From an uncultured Erysipelotrichaceae bacterium (GTDB lineage: Bacteria; Bacillota_I; Bacilli_A; RF39; UBA660), in contig CADANX010000012.1 of the NCBI GenBank assembly GCA_902789425.1, forward strand, positions 1 through 32,000: a stretch of 32,000 nucleotides of DNA, in the 5' to 3' direction. Position numbers and translations under genes: made by a program. Under the pieces are notes generated by a model that ran no database searches, had not been told where the DNA came from, and was given only the letters and a program-made list of their open reading frames with translations. This document shows, piece after piece, positions 1-6,329 of this stretch. The stretch's first letter is position 1, and each line of letters opens with the position of its first letter.

Positions 1-2
1 TT

Positions 3-362
3 GAAGAATACGCTAATTTATTTAATAAAGGAGCAATTAATAGATTTCAAGAAGTAAGTGCTAATGGAGAAAAAATACAAATGGAAGTATGTGCTCCTAT
101 GACTAGAGAAGAAGTTGAAAAACATATCAAAAGACTACAAGTTAAATACCCAATCGATTATCATGAAATAAAGAAAGAAAAATATAATGACCATCAATTT
201 TGTCTAAAATATACAAGAACAAATGTATTTAATGAACCACTTAAGATGATACCTTTAATTAATAAAAAAGGAATAAATAAAGTAGATAGTTATGGAGTAA
301 TAGAAGTTCCAGTACCACCTATAACTTATATTTACGCTGATAGTATAGAGGTAGAGCAATGA
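3..362 (+). CDS. Hypothetical protein, 5'-truncated by the window edge; translationally coupled to the relaxase gene
   Basis: Frame 3 is open from base 3 and continues in frame into ORF 81..362, so the true start is probably upstream of the window. The TGA stop (360-362) overlaps the relaxase ATG (359-361). No motif recognised. Confidence 0.4.
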   Translation, partial: EEYANLFNKGAINRFQEVSANGEKIQMEVCAPMTREEVEKHIKRLQVKYPIDYHEIKKEKYNDHQFCLKYTRTNVFNEPLKMIPLINKKGINKVDSYGVIEVPVPPITYIYADSIEVEQ

Positions 363-1615
363 GTTATGCAATATTTAGAAGTGAATCGATAAATACAATA
401 AAAGATTTAGGACAAATTGGTGCTCATAATAAACGAGATAAAAAAGCATATAAGTCTAATCCTGATATTGATATGTCTAAAACTAAAAATAATATAGAAA
501 TTGTTCCACTTTCTGATAAATACACTAAAGGTTATTATGAATTAGTTAAAGATTATAAAAAAGAATATGAAGAAAAACAAAAAACAACTCGTGAAGATCG
601 TAGAAAATCATTTGATAAAATGTTAGATGATTCAAATAGTGTTGTTGCTGATGAATTATTATTTACTAGTGATAATGATTTCTTTAAAAATATGAGTAAA
701 AAAGATATTAAAAAATGGGTTGATACTTGCATGGAGTTTGTTTATAAAGATTTAGGTTATACAAAAGAGCAAGTTTTACACGCAACAGTTCACATGGATG
801 AAAAAACACCACACTTACATTGTGTAGTTGTTCCTTTAATTAAGAAGTTTGATAAAAGAACAAATACAGAAAAATACACCATTTCTAAAAAGCATTATAT
901 GAAGTCTGGTGCTTATATTAGTGAACTTCAAGATAAGTATTGGAAAAGAATGAATGATAATGGCTTTAAATTAGAACGAGGTATTAAAAATAGTGATAAT
1001 GAACATATCTCTATTAAAGAATTTAAAAAGATAACAAAAAAACTAGATAATCGTATGGAAAAACAAAATTATCTAATGACTAGAGATTATGAAATATTAG
1101 AAGAAAAGTTAAAAACTTCTAAACCTACAATTACTGGCAAAGAAGTTAAAATTGATAAAGAAACTTATGATACTCTGCAAGACTTTATGAATACTTCAAA
1201 AAGAGTTATTAAAGATATGCCTAGTAATCAAGCATTATTTAAAGAACTTGAAGACTATACAAATAATTATCGTGAAATGGAAATACAAAAGCATAATGTA
1301 GAAGTTGAAGTTAGAAAATTGGAATACAAAAACGAAGAACTACAAAAAGAAAATAGAAGACTACATAATTTCTTAAATGTAATGCTCCAAACAATAAAAA
1401 AATTCTTCAATAAATTACTTCACATAGGAACTGAAAAAGATAAAGATGATGTAGTTAAAGAAATTACTTCATATCATCAACTAGATTATTATAATGATAG
1501 AGATTTACACGATATTGCCGATGGTACACCTAGAGAAGATGAAATAAATGATTATTTATATGAACAAAACTATGGTTATGATAAAGATTATGATGACCTT
1601 GATATAGACATATAA
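359..1615 (+). CDS. mob: MobV / Mob_Pre family plasmid mobilisation relaxase
   Basis: The N-terminus MSYAIFR... and the HxDExxPHxH metal-binding box in HATVHMDEKTPHLHCVVVPL are typical of pMV158 MobM-type relaxases. The C-terminal half is a long charged coiled-coil. Confidence 0.85.
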   Translation: MSYAIFRSESINTIKDLGQIGAHNKRDKKAYKSNPDIDMSKTKNNIEIVPLSDKYTKGYYELVKDYKKEYEEKQKTTREDRRKSFDKMLDDSNSVVADELLFTSDNDFFKNMSKKDIKKWVDTCMEFVYKDLGYTKEQVLHATVHMDEKTPHLHCVVVPLIKKFDKRTNTEKYTISKKHYMKSGAYISELQDKYWKRMNDNGFKLERGIKNSDNEHISIKEFKKITKKLDNRMEKQNYLMTRDYEILEEKLKTSKPTITGKEVKIDKETYDTLQDFMNTSKRVIKDMPSNQALFKELEDYTNNYREMEIQKHNVEVEVRKLEYKNEELQKENRRLHNFLNVMLQTIKKFFNKLLHIGTEKDKDDVVKEITSYHQLDYYNDRDLHDIADGTPREDEINDYLYEQNYGYDKDYDDLDIDI

Positions 1616-1618
1616 AAA

Positions 1619-1635
1619 GACGAGCAATGCTCGTC
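1619..1635 (+). terminator. Perfect 7-bp hairpin just after the mob stop (gacgagc-aat-gctcgtc)
   Basis: The inverted repeat was read directly. It has an A-run on the 5' side and no clear T-tract on the 3' side, so it is weak as a + strand intrinsic terminator. Confidence 0.35.
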
Positions 1636-1643
1636 ATAAGAAG

Positions 1644-1823
1644 ACTCTATTTCCAATAGAGTAACACACTTCTCTATTGGCAGAGCCAATAGGGTGTGTG
1701 CAAAGGAAATTTCCTTTTTGAAACCCCAAAACATAATTTGAAAGAACTAGTTGTTCAAGTAAAATTATGTTTTAAATTAATATTTTAATTTTTAAAACGT
1801 TGTAATTAAAATTAAAATATTAA
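1644..1823. repeat. Cluster of inverted repeats/hairpins between mob and the DGR target gene
   Basis: Five elements read directly. (1) 1644-1651/1655-1662, 8-bp stem. (2) 1665-1669 + 1674-1680 pairing with 1686-1692 + 1694-1698. (3) ggaaatttcc palindrome at 1705-1714. (4) 12-bp arms 1728-1739/1762-1773. (5) Perfect 16-bp arms 1777-1792/1808-1823. Confidence 0.6.
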
Positions 1824-1903
1824 TAATCTTTCACCAACAATATTGAAAAAATTATCTATTTAATATATAATATTTATATAAATAAGAATAGGATACAAAA
1901 AAT

Positions 1904-2728
1904 ATGAAAAAAATTATTGGTTCAAGATTATTTTCATTTTTATTAGGAGCCATAATATTTGGTGGAATTGGTGTAGCAAGTGCATACACTCTTTTAGCAT
2001 CCGATACATCTTTTACTCCTAAAGATACTAGTTGGAGTGTTGATAATGTAGAAGATGCATTAAATGATATTCATAGAATAATGAATACAACAGCATTTAA
2101 AAAAATATGTCATTATGTTAATAGTGATTACTCAAAAGATGCATCAGATAAATATAGTATAGGAACAAAATACGAATGTGATCCAGGAGATGGAGTAAAA
2201 AGGAACTTTTATGTGCTAAAAACTAGTGGAGAAAAAGTGGATTTAATAATGGAAGAAAATATAGCAAAAGGTACATTAACATGGTATAACGCAATGAAAT
2301 ATTTTACAGATGGTGCAGGAACTTCAATAAAATCTTCCTGGACAAATGTACAAGATATAGATTTACCAAAAGCACAAGATATAGCAAATGCTGTTGGTAG
2401 AAGTAGTTGGAAAGCAGCAGAAAACAGTACATGGTGGTGTTTAGAGAGTCATAAACAAGACTCTGGAAGTAGTCCATATTGTTATAATAATGATGGTAAT
2501 TTAGAAACATTATGGTTATGGGATTATTTAAGAGAATGTGCTAGTTGGAAATGTGAACATAGTTTAAACTCAGAATGGGCATATGGATATTGGACGAGAG
2601 ATGCAATAGTTAATACCGCGAATGCTTGGTATGTCGATAGGCATGGCGGTCTGGACTACGACACTGCATCGAATTCCACGCGCCGTGGGGTTCGCCCAGT
2701 TATAACGGTTTACCGTTCTAATCTCTAA
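1904..2728 (+). CDS. DGR target (variable) protein: N-terminal membrane anchor/signal, C-terminal DUF1566/C-type-lectin-fold-like variable domain
   Basis: Hydrophobic N-terminus LFSFLLGAIIFGGIGVASA. The C-terminus ...GYWTRDAIVNTANAWYVDRHGGLDYDTASNSTRRGVRPVITV resembles the WxxS...AWxV...G...VRPV ends of DUF1566-type DGR targets. VR occupies codons ~237-266 of 274. Confidence 0.85.
   Translation: MKKIIGSRLFSFLLGAIIFGGIGVASAYTLLASDTSFTPKDTSWSVDNVEDALNDIHRIMNTTAFKKICHYVNSDYSKDASDKYSIGTKYECDPGDGVKRNFYVLKTSGEKVDLIMEENIAKGTLTWYNAMKYFTDGAGTSIKSSWTNVQDIDLPKAQDIANAVGRSSWKAAENSTWWCLESHKQDSGSSPYCYNNDGNLETLWLWDYLRECASWKCEHSLNSEWAYGYWTRDAIVNTANAWYVDRHGGLDYDTASNSTRRGVRPVITVYRSNL
2614..2699 (+). repeat. 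DGR variable repeat (VR)
   Basis: 86 nt align without gaps to 4776..4861. The 12 mismatches are at 2630, 2636, 2642, 2648, 2649, 2654, 2657, 2660, 2681, 2682, 2684 and 2685, and each corresponds to an A in TR. The segment is a GC-rich island in AT-rich DNA. Confidence 0.92.
2704..2717 (+). other. Hairpin (aacgg-ttta-ccgtt) 5 nt downstream of the VR/TR homology end; candidate DGR cruciform/IMH-associated element
   Basis: 5-bp stem with a 4-nt loop, read directly. It is present only on the VR side; the TR flank at 4862 onward is unrelated. Confidence 0.5.
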
Positions 2729-2806
2729 TCTCTAGTGGGAGTATCAAAATATAAGCGTGAATATATGTAAAATAAAAGAATAGAGCATGAAAGAAAATAA
2801 AAAAAT

Positions 2807-2839
2807 ATTTTAGTGGGAAGTGAATCTTCCTACTAAAAT
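2807..2839 (+). other. Strong hairpin between the target gene and the MSL gene
   Basis: 14-bp stem 2807-2820/2826-2839 (one G.U) with loop tgaat. No T-tract follows, so it is not a classical terminator. Confidence 0.5.
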
Positions 2840-2861
2840 TGATTTAAAATAGGAGGAAGAA

Positions 2862-3281
2862 ATGTTATTTGATAAATATAAAAAATATAAAAATGAATAT
2901 AATGAATATATTATTTTTATTAAAAGTGGAAATTTTTATTTAACATTTAACAAAGATGCATACGTACTTCATAATGTTTTCTCTTATAAAATTAAAGAAA
3001 CAAAAAATGGATATAAATCAGGATTCCCTTTAAATGCTATTTCTAAAGTAGAAGATAAATTAAAAGAATTAAATATTAATTATATAATTATTCAAGAAGA
3101 TAATATAAAAAAGAAACAAGATTTTAAAAAGAATACTTATTTAAATTATGTAGTAATGAAAAATTATTCAATAATTTATAAAAGAATAGATATGATTAAT
3201 AATATCTTAAAAGAAAATATAGATAATAATATTGAAGATATTTTAAGTGAAATTGAAGGAGTATTATGCAAGATAAATTAA
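2862..3281 (+). CDS. MutS domain I-like small protein (MSL-type DGR accessory protein)
   Basis: Strong RBS aggagg. IIFIKSGNFYLTFNKDA...GFPLNAISKVEDKLKELNINYIIIQ parallels the MutS mismatch-binding domain (LFYRMGDFYELFYDDA...GIP...L...G..VAI.EQ). The 3' end overlaps the avd start. Confidence 0.65.
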   Translation: MLFDKYKKYKNEYNEYIIFIKSGNFYLTFNKDAYVLHNVFSYKIKETKNGYKSGFPLNAISKVEDKLKELNINYIIIQEDNIKKKQDFKKNTYLNYVVMKNYSIIYKRIDMINNILKENIDNNIEDILSEIEGVLCKIN

Positions 3282-3610
3282 TTATTGCCACTAAAACTAA
3301 GAAAACAATTGAATTAATTGAAAAGACAATTATTAATTTTCCCCATAAAGAAAGAAATTTAAAAAATAGACTTGCAAACACTTGCTATGATTTACTTGAA
3401 AATATATATTATGCTAATATCACAAAAGAAATTAACTCAATGAAAAAGATTATAGTTAATATTAAAATGATAGATTATTTTCTAAAATTAAGTTGTAACA
3501 GGGAATTGATCAGTTTAAAAAAATATGAGCAAATAGGTAATTATTTACTTGAAATAAATAAAATGGTTAACATATGGATTAAAAATGAAACGAGTAAACA
3601 AAATATATAA
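3266..3610 (+). CDS. avd: Accessory variability determinant (Avd; four-helix-bundle / 23S rRNA-IVS protein family)
   Basis: 114 aa, directly upstream of and overlapping the RT gene. FPHKERNLKNRLANTCYDLLENIYYAN fits the FPKxExxxLxxQxxRAxxSIxxNIAEG pattern of this family. RBS aaggag. Confidence 0.75.
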   Translation: MQDKLIIATKTKKTIELIEKTIINFPHKERNLKNRLANTCYDLLENIYYANITKEINSMKKIIVNIKMIDYFLKLSCNRELISLKKYEQIGNYLLEINKMVNIWIKNETSKQNI

Positions 3611-4694
3611 TGATATAACATCTTTAGAAAATATTATGAATATGTATGATACTAAAGTAAAACCAAACACAAAAAACAAAATAAAAATAGAAAAGTTTGA
3701 TGATTACTATACAGAAAATATAATGAGCATAAAAAATATTTTGGATAATAAGGTATATGATGGTGGTAAATATAACTTATTTGTCATTAAAGATCCTAAA
3801 GTAAGATTAATAATGAGTCAAAACATAGGTGATAAAATTATTAATCATTTGGTAAGTCATTATTTTTTAGTAAAATATTTTGATAAGAGTTTAATAAATG
3901 AAAATGTATCAACAAGAGTTGATAAAGGTCTTCATTATGGAATGAAATTGTTAAAAAAATATTTAAATGAATTAAAAGGGAATAGTTTTTATATTTTAAA
4001 ATTTGATATAAGTAAATATTTTTATAATTTAGATCATGATATTATTAAAAAATTAATTAGGAAAAAAATAAAAGATAAGGATGCACTTAATATATTGGAT
4101 AAGATAATTGATAGTACAGATAAAGATTATATAAATATCGAAATAGATAGATTGGAAAAATTGCATAAAGTTCAATTACCAAGATATAAAAAAGGTAAAG
4201 GACTACCTATAGGAAATATGTCTAGTCAAATACTTTCAATTATTTATTTAAATGAACTTGATCATTATATTAAAGAAGAATTACACATAAAGTATTATAT
4301 AAGATATTGTGATGATGGGATTTTAATCCATAACGATAAAGAATACTTAAAATATTGTTTAAAAGAAATAGAAAAAATTATTGATAAATATAAGTTAAAA
4401 TTAAATAATAAAACAAGTATAATTAATATTAATCAAGGATTTACTTTTTTAGGATATAGATATTATATAAGAAACAATAAAGTATATATGAATATTAAAA
4501 GCGATGTAAAAAGAAGAATTAAAAGAAGATTTAAGGGCTTAAAGAAAATGATAGAACAAGGATTAATAACCAAAGAATATTTTTTAAGTGTAGAAAATAG
4601 TTATAAATCACATATGAGTTACGGTAATTGTAATAGTTTCATCAAAAATGCGATAAATAAATATCATAATGATATATTTAATAATGAAGAATAA
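3585..4694 (+). CDS. DGR reverse transcriptase
   Basis: RT motifs present: LPIGNMSSQ (the DGR hallmark [ILV]GxxxSQ) and the YIRYCDDGILIH catalytic YxDD box. 369 aa with no maturase or endonuclease extension. Lies next to TR. Confidence 0.92.
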   Translation: MKRVNKIYNDITSLENIMNMYDTKVKPNTKNKIKIEKFDDYYTENIMSIKNILDNKVYDGGKYNLFVIKDPKVRLIMSQNIGDKIINHLVSHYFLVKYFDKSLINENVSTRVDKGLHYGMKLLKKYLNELKGNSFYILKFDISKYFYNLDHDIIKKLIRKKIKDKDALNILDKIIDSTDKDYINIEIDRLEKLHKVQLPRYKKGKGLPIGNMSSQILSIIYLNELDHYIKEELHIKYYIRYCDDGILIHNDKEYLKYCLKEIEKIIDKYKLKLNNKTSIININQGFTFLGYRYYIRNNKVYMNIKSDVKRRIKRRFKGLKKMIEQGLITKEYFLSVENSYKSHMSYGNCNSFIKNAINKYHNDIFNNEE

Positions 4695-4725
4695 TTGAAA
4701 AATTATATTAATATTGTGGTAAAAT
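4695..4725 (+). promoter_or_regulatory. Possible promoter for the TR-containing RNA
   Basis: ttgaaa (4695-4700) and an extended -10 tgg-taaaat (4717-4725). The spacer is 19 nt, which is long, so this is tentative. Confidence 0.3.
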
Positions 4726-4775
4726 TATTATGGTATATACTGAATGGTTTAGTTTTCTATGCGTCTAGGCTGTTT

Positions 4776-4861
4776 TACCGCGAATGCTTGGAATGTCAAT
4801 AGGAATGGCAATCTGAACAACAACACTGCATCGAATTCCACGAACAATGGGGTTCGCCCAG
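4776..4861 (+). repeat. DGR template repeat (TR)
   Basis: Invariant copy of VR with 28 adenines and 11 in-frame AAY codons (reads ...ANAWNVNRNGNLNNNTASNSTNNGVRP). All 12 VR differences are at TR adenines (4792, 4798, 4804, 4810, 4811, 4816, 4819, 4822, 4843, 4844, 4846, 4847). Confidence 0.92.
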
Positions 4862-5019
4862 ATTCCTTTAAAACTTTGTTTTATGTTACTATGGTATATA
4901 AAGAGAAGCTAAAGGAAACAAGTATATCCCACTCTAGAAATAGAGAAATAAATATCATAGATGATTTTAAGTGTTAGTAGTAATAATATGAAAATGATTA
5001 AAATCTATAGACTATGATC

Positions 5020-5063
5020 AAGAACTAATTTCTTATATTGTTGATTAGTTCTTTTCTTTTTTT
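5020..5063 (+). terminator. Rho-independent terminator closing the DGR cassette
   Basis: 10-bp arms aagaactaat (5020-5029) / attagttctt (5044-5053), followed by a T-rich run tttcttttttt. Confidence 0.75.
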
Positions 5064-5109
5064 ATAATTAAATATGATACTTTACTTAAAGTAATTTAAA
5101 TTAAGGTAT

Positions 5110-5138
5110 TTGACAAAAACAATTATTTTTGGTATTAT
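5110..5138 (+). promoter_or_regulatory. Sigma-A-type promoter (TTGACA - 17 nt - TATTAT)
   Basis: -35 ttgaca at 5110-5115, a 17-nt spacer, and -10 tattat at 5133-5138. The predicted start falls at about 5145, the first base of the GTGAGCAC box. Confidence 0.6.
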
Positions 5139-5144
5139 TTAATC

Positions 5145-5184
5145 GTGAGCACTGGAAAAGACTACGGTCTTCCAGTCTTTTTTT
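5145..5184 (+). ncRNA. Small RNA module 1: GTGAGCAC box + hairpin + U-tract (candidate Abi-associated RNA)
   Basis: gtgagcac at 5145-5152. Hairpin 5151-5176 with 7+3 bp, a 2-nt bulge and loop tacg. T-run at 5178-5184. Confidence 0.45.
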
Positions 5185-5241
5185 GTATATTTATAACATT
5201 TTTTACATATACTATCTATGTAGGAATATAATTTCCTACTA

Positions 5242-5277
5242 GTGAGCACACAAAAGATTATTCTTTTGTGTCTTTTT
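5242..5277 (+). ncRNA. Small RNA module 2: GTGAGCAC box + hairpin + U-tract
   Basis: gtgagcac at 5242-5249. Hairpin 5248-5271 with a 9-bp stem and loop attatt. T-run at 5273-5277. The flanks match module 1 but the stem sequence differs. A tataat at 5227-5232 lies just upstream. Confidence 0.45.
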
Positions 5278-5278
5278 C

Positions 5279-5287
5279 TGCTATAAT
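5279..5287 (+). promoter_or_regulatory. Extended -10 promoter element (TGcTATAAT) upstream of the abi gene
   Basis: tg at 5279-5280 and tataat at 5282-5287, 19 nt upstream of the ATG at 5306. Confidence 0.45.
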
Positions 5288-5305
5288 GGTTTTAGGGATG
5301 ATTAT

Positions 5306-6235
5306 ATGTCAGAAAAAACATTTTTAACTATTGATGAATTAATTGATAAAATAAAATCTAAAAATATTAGTATTAAAGATGAAAATGATGTTAGAAATAT
5401 TTTAGAAACTAATAATTATTATTTTATTATGGGTTATAAGTTTGCTTTTAAAAACATTGATGGAACTTATAAAGATAACACTTCTTTTGAAGATATATAT
5501 TCATTATATATTTTTGATAAGATGTTAAAATTAATTATTTTAGATCCTATACTTGAAATAGAACAAAAACTAAAAACAATATATACTAATAATTATAGTT
5601 ATAGATATGGCTTTAAAGTTAATGATATATTAGATCATAATAATTATGATTTATCAAATAATTATTTAAATGATACATTATCTAATTTAGATAAACAATT
5701 AAATGATTTTGGTAATAAAAATAAGGCTGTTATGTTTTATAGAAATAATCATTCATTTATTCCATTATGGGTATATATGAAGATATTATCATTTGGTATG
5801 ATTCGTGATATGTTTTATATATCAAAAAATAATGACAAAGATTACATGAAAAATAAACTAACTAATGAAAATATAAGTAGTAGCGAAGTAGCCAATATGC
5901 TAAGATTACTTGTTAGAGTTAGAAATATATGTTGTCATGATGATATTCTTTTATCATTTGTAGATGATAAGTTAGGTATTAAAACTACTAAATATCATAA
6001 TGAGTTTAAATTAAAGAAAGATATAAATGGTAATGTAATTCAAGGTAAAAAAGATTTGTTTGCTATTTTAATTGTTATTAAGTGTTTTTTAAACAAAGAC
6101 AAATTTACAATATTAATTAATAATTTAGTAATGTTAATCGAGGAATATGATAAGGAAATTGGCTCACTTAATAAAAAACAGTTATTATCAATAATGCATT
6201 TGCCAGAAAAAATTGAAAAATTAAAAGATTTATAG
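5306..6235 (+). CDS. Abi_2 family (AbiD/AbiF-like) abortive-infection protein, HEPN-type
   Basis: The N-terminal ...NYYFIMGYKFAFK..., the YIFDKMLKLIILDPILEIEQKLK block and LLVRVRNICCHDD (RNxxxH, codons 206-211, nt 5921-5938) follow the Abi_2 pattern. Confidence 0.8.
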   Translation: MSEKTFLTIDELIDKIKSKNISIKDENDVRNILETNNYYFIMGYKFAFKNIDGTYKDNTSFEDIYSLYIFDKMLKLIILDPILEIEQKLKTIYTNNYSYRYGFKVNDILDHNNYDLSNNYLNDTLSNLDKQLNDFGNKNKAVMFYRNNHSFIPLWVYMKILSFGMIRDMFYISKNNDKDYMKNKLTNENISSSEVANMLRLLVRVRNICCHDDILLSFVDDKLGIKTTKYHNEFKLKKDINGNVIQGKKDLFAILIVIKCFLNKDKFTILINNLVMLIEEYDKEIGSLNKKQLLSIMHLPEKIEKLKDL

Positions 6236-6329
6236 TGCATTTTATGTTAAAATTTGTTATAATTTATATAGAAATTAACCTAAATAAAAATTTCCAAACG
6301 TCTATAACTGACGCACCATATAAAAAATA

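Larger units (their letters stand above)
1904..5063 (+). mobile_element. Diversity-generating retroelement cassette (target/VR - MSL - avd - RT - TR - terminator)
   Basis: A DGR-type RT plus an 86-nt TR/VR repeat pair with adenine-only mismatches. Accessory genes overlap head to tail. See the individual features. Confidence 0.9.
4730..5063 (+). ncRNA. Probable DGR template RNA (TR plus structured 3' flank, ending at an intrinsic terminator)
   Basis: Non-coding stretch. An 8-bp helix 4863-4870/4910-4917 starts right after TR. A ctcta-gaaa-tagag hairpin lies at 4932-4945. The terminator is at 5020-5063. The 5' end is not defined. Confidence 0.45.

Noticed and set aside
2304-2510. Antisense or overlapping short ORFs in the track: 2304..2510, 3196..3381, 6040..6240, 9607..9906, 20712..20912, 21317..21526, 21399..21608, 22317..22517, 24420..24680, 26507..26701, 31640..31945
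   Set aside because: All lie inside or opposite well-supported longer CDSs. Their compositions are low-complexity (Leu/Phe/Ser/Cys runs from AT-rich or repeat DNA), and none has a convincing RBS.
3585-4694. RT as a group II intron or retron reverse transcriptase
   Set aside because: There is no maturase/X or endonuclease extension, and I saw no intron domain V/VI-like structure or msr/msd-like repeats. The IGxxxSQ motif, the avd gene and the A-specific TR/VR pair all point to a DGR.
4759-4977. 72-aa ORF in the supplied track (MRLGCFTANAWNVNRNGNLNNNTASNSTNNGVRP...)
   Set aside because: It is the DGR template repeat read in the VR frame. The Asn run reflects the AAY-rich TR. There is no RBS and the remainder is AT-rich filler, so I call it non-coding.
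6296-6320. ccaaacgtctataactgacgcacca looked like a tRNA 3' fragment ending in CCA (a possible att site at the island edge)
   Set aside because: No T-arm (GTTCRAnnC) or acceptor complement could be found on either strand. The 4-bp cgtc/gacg stem with a 7-nt loop lacks the U33 context. Not supportable as a tRNA remnant.
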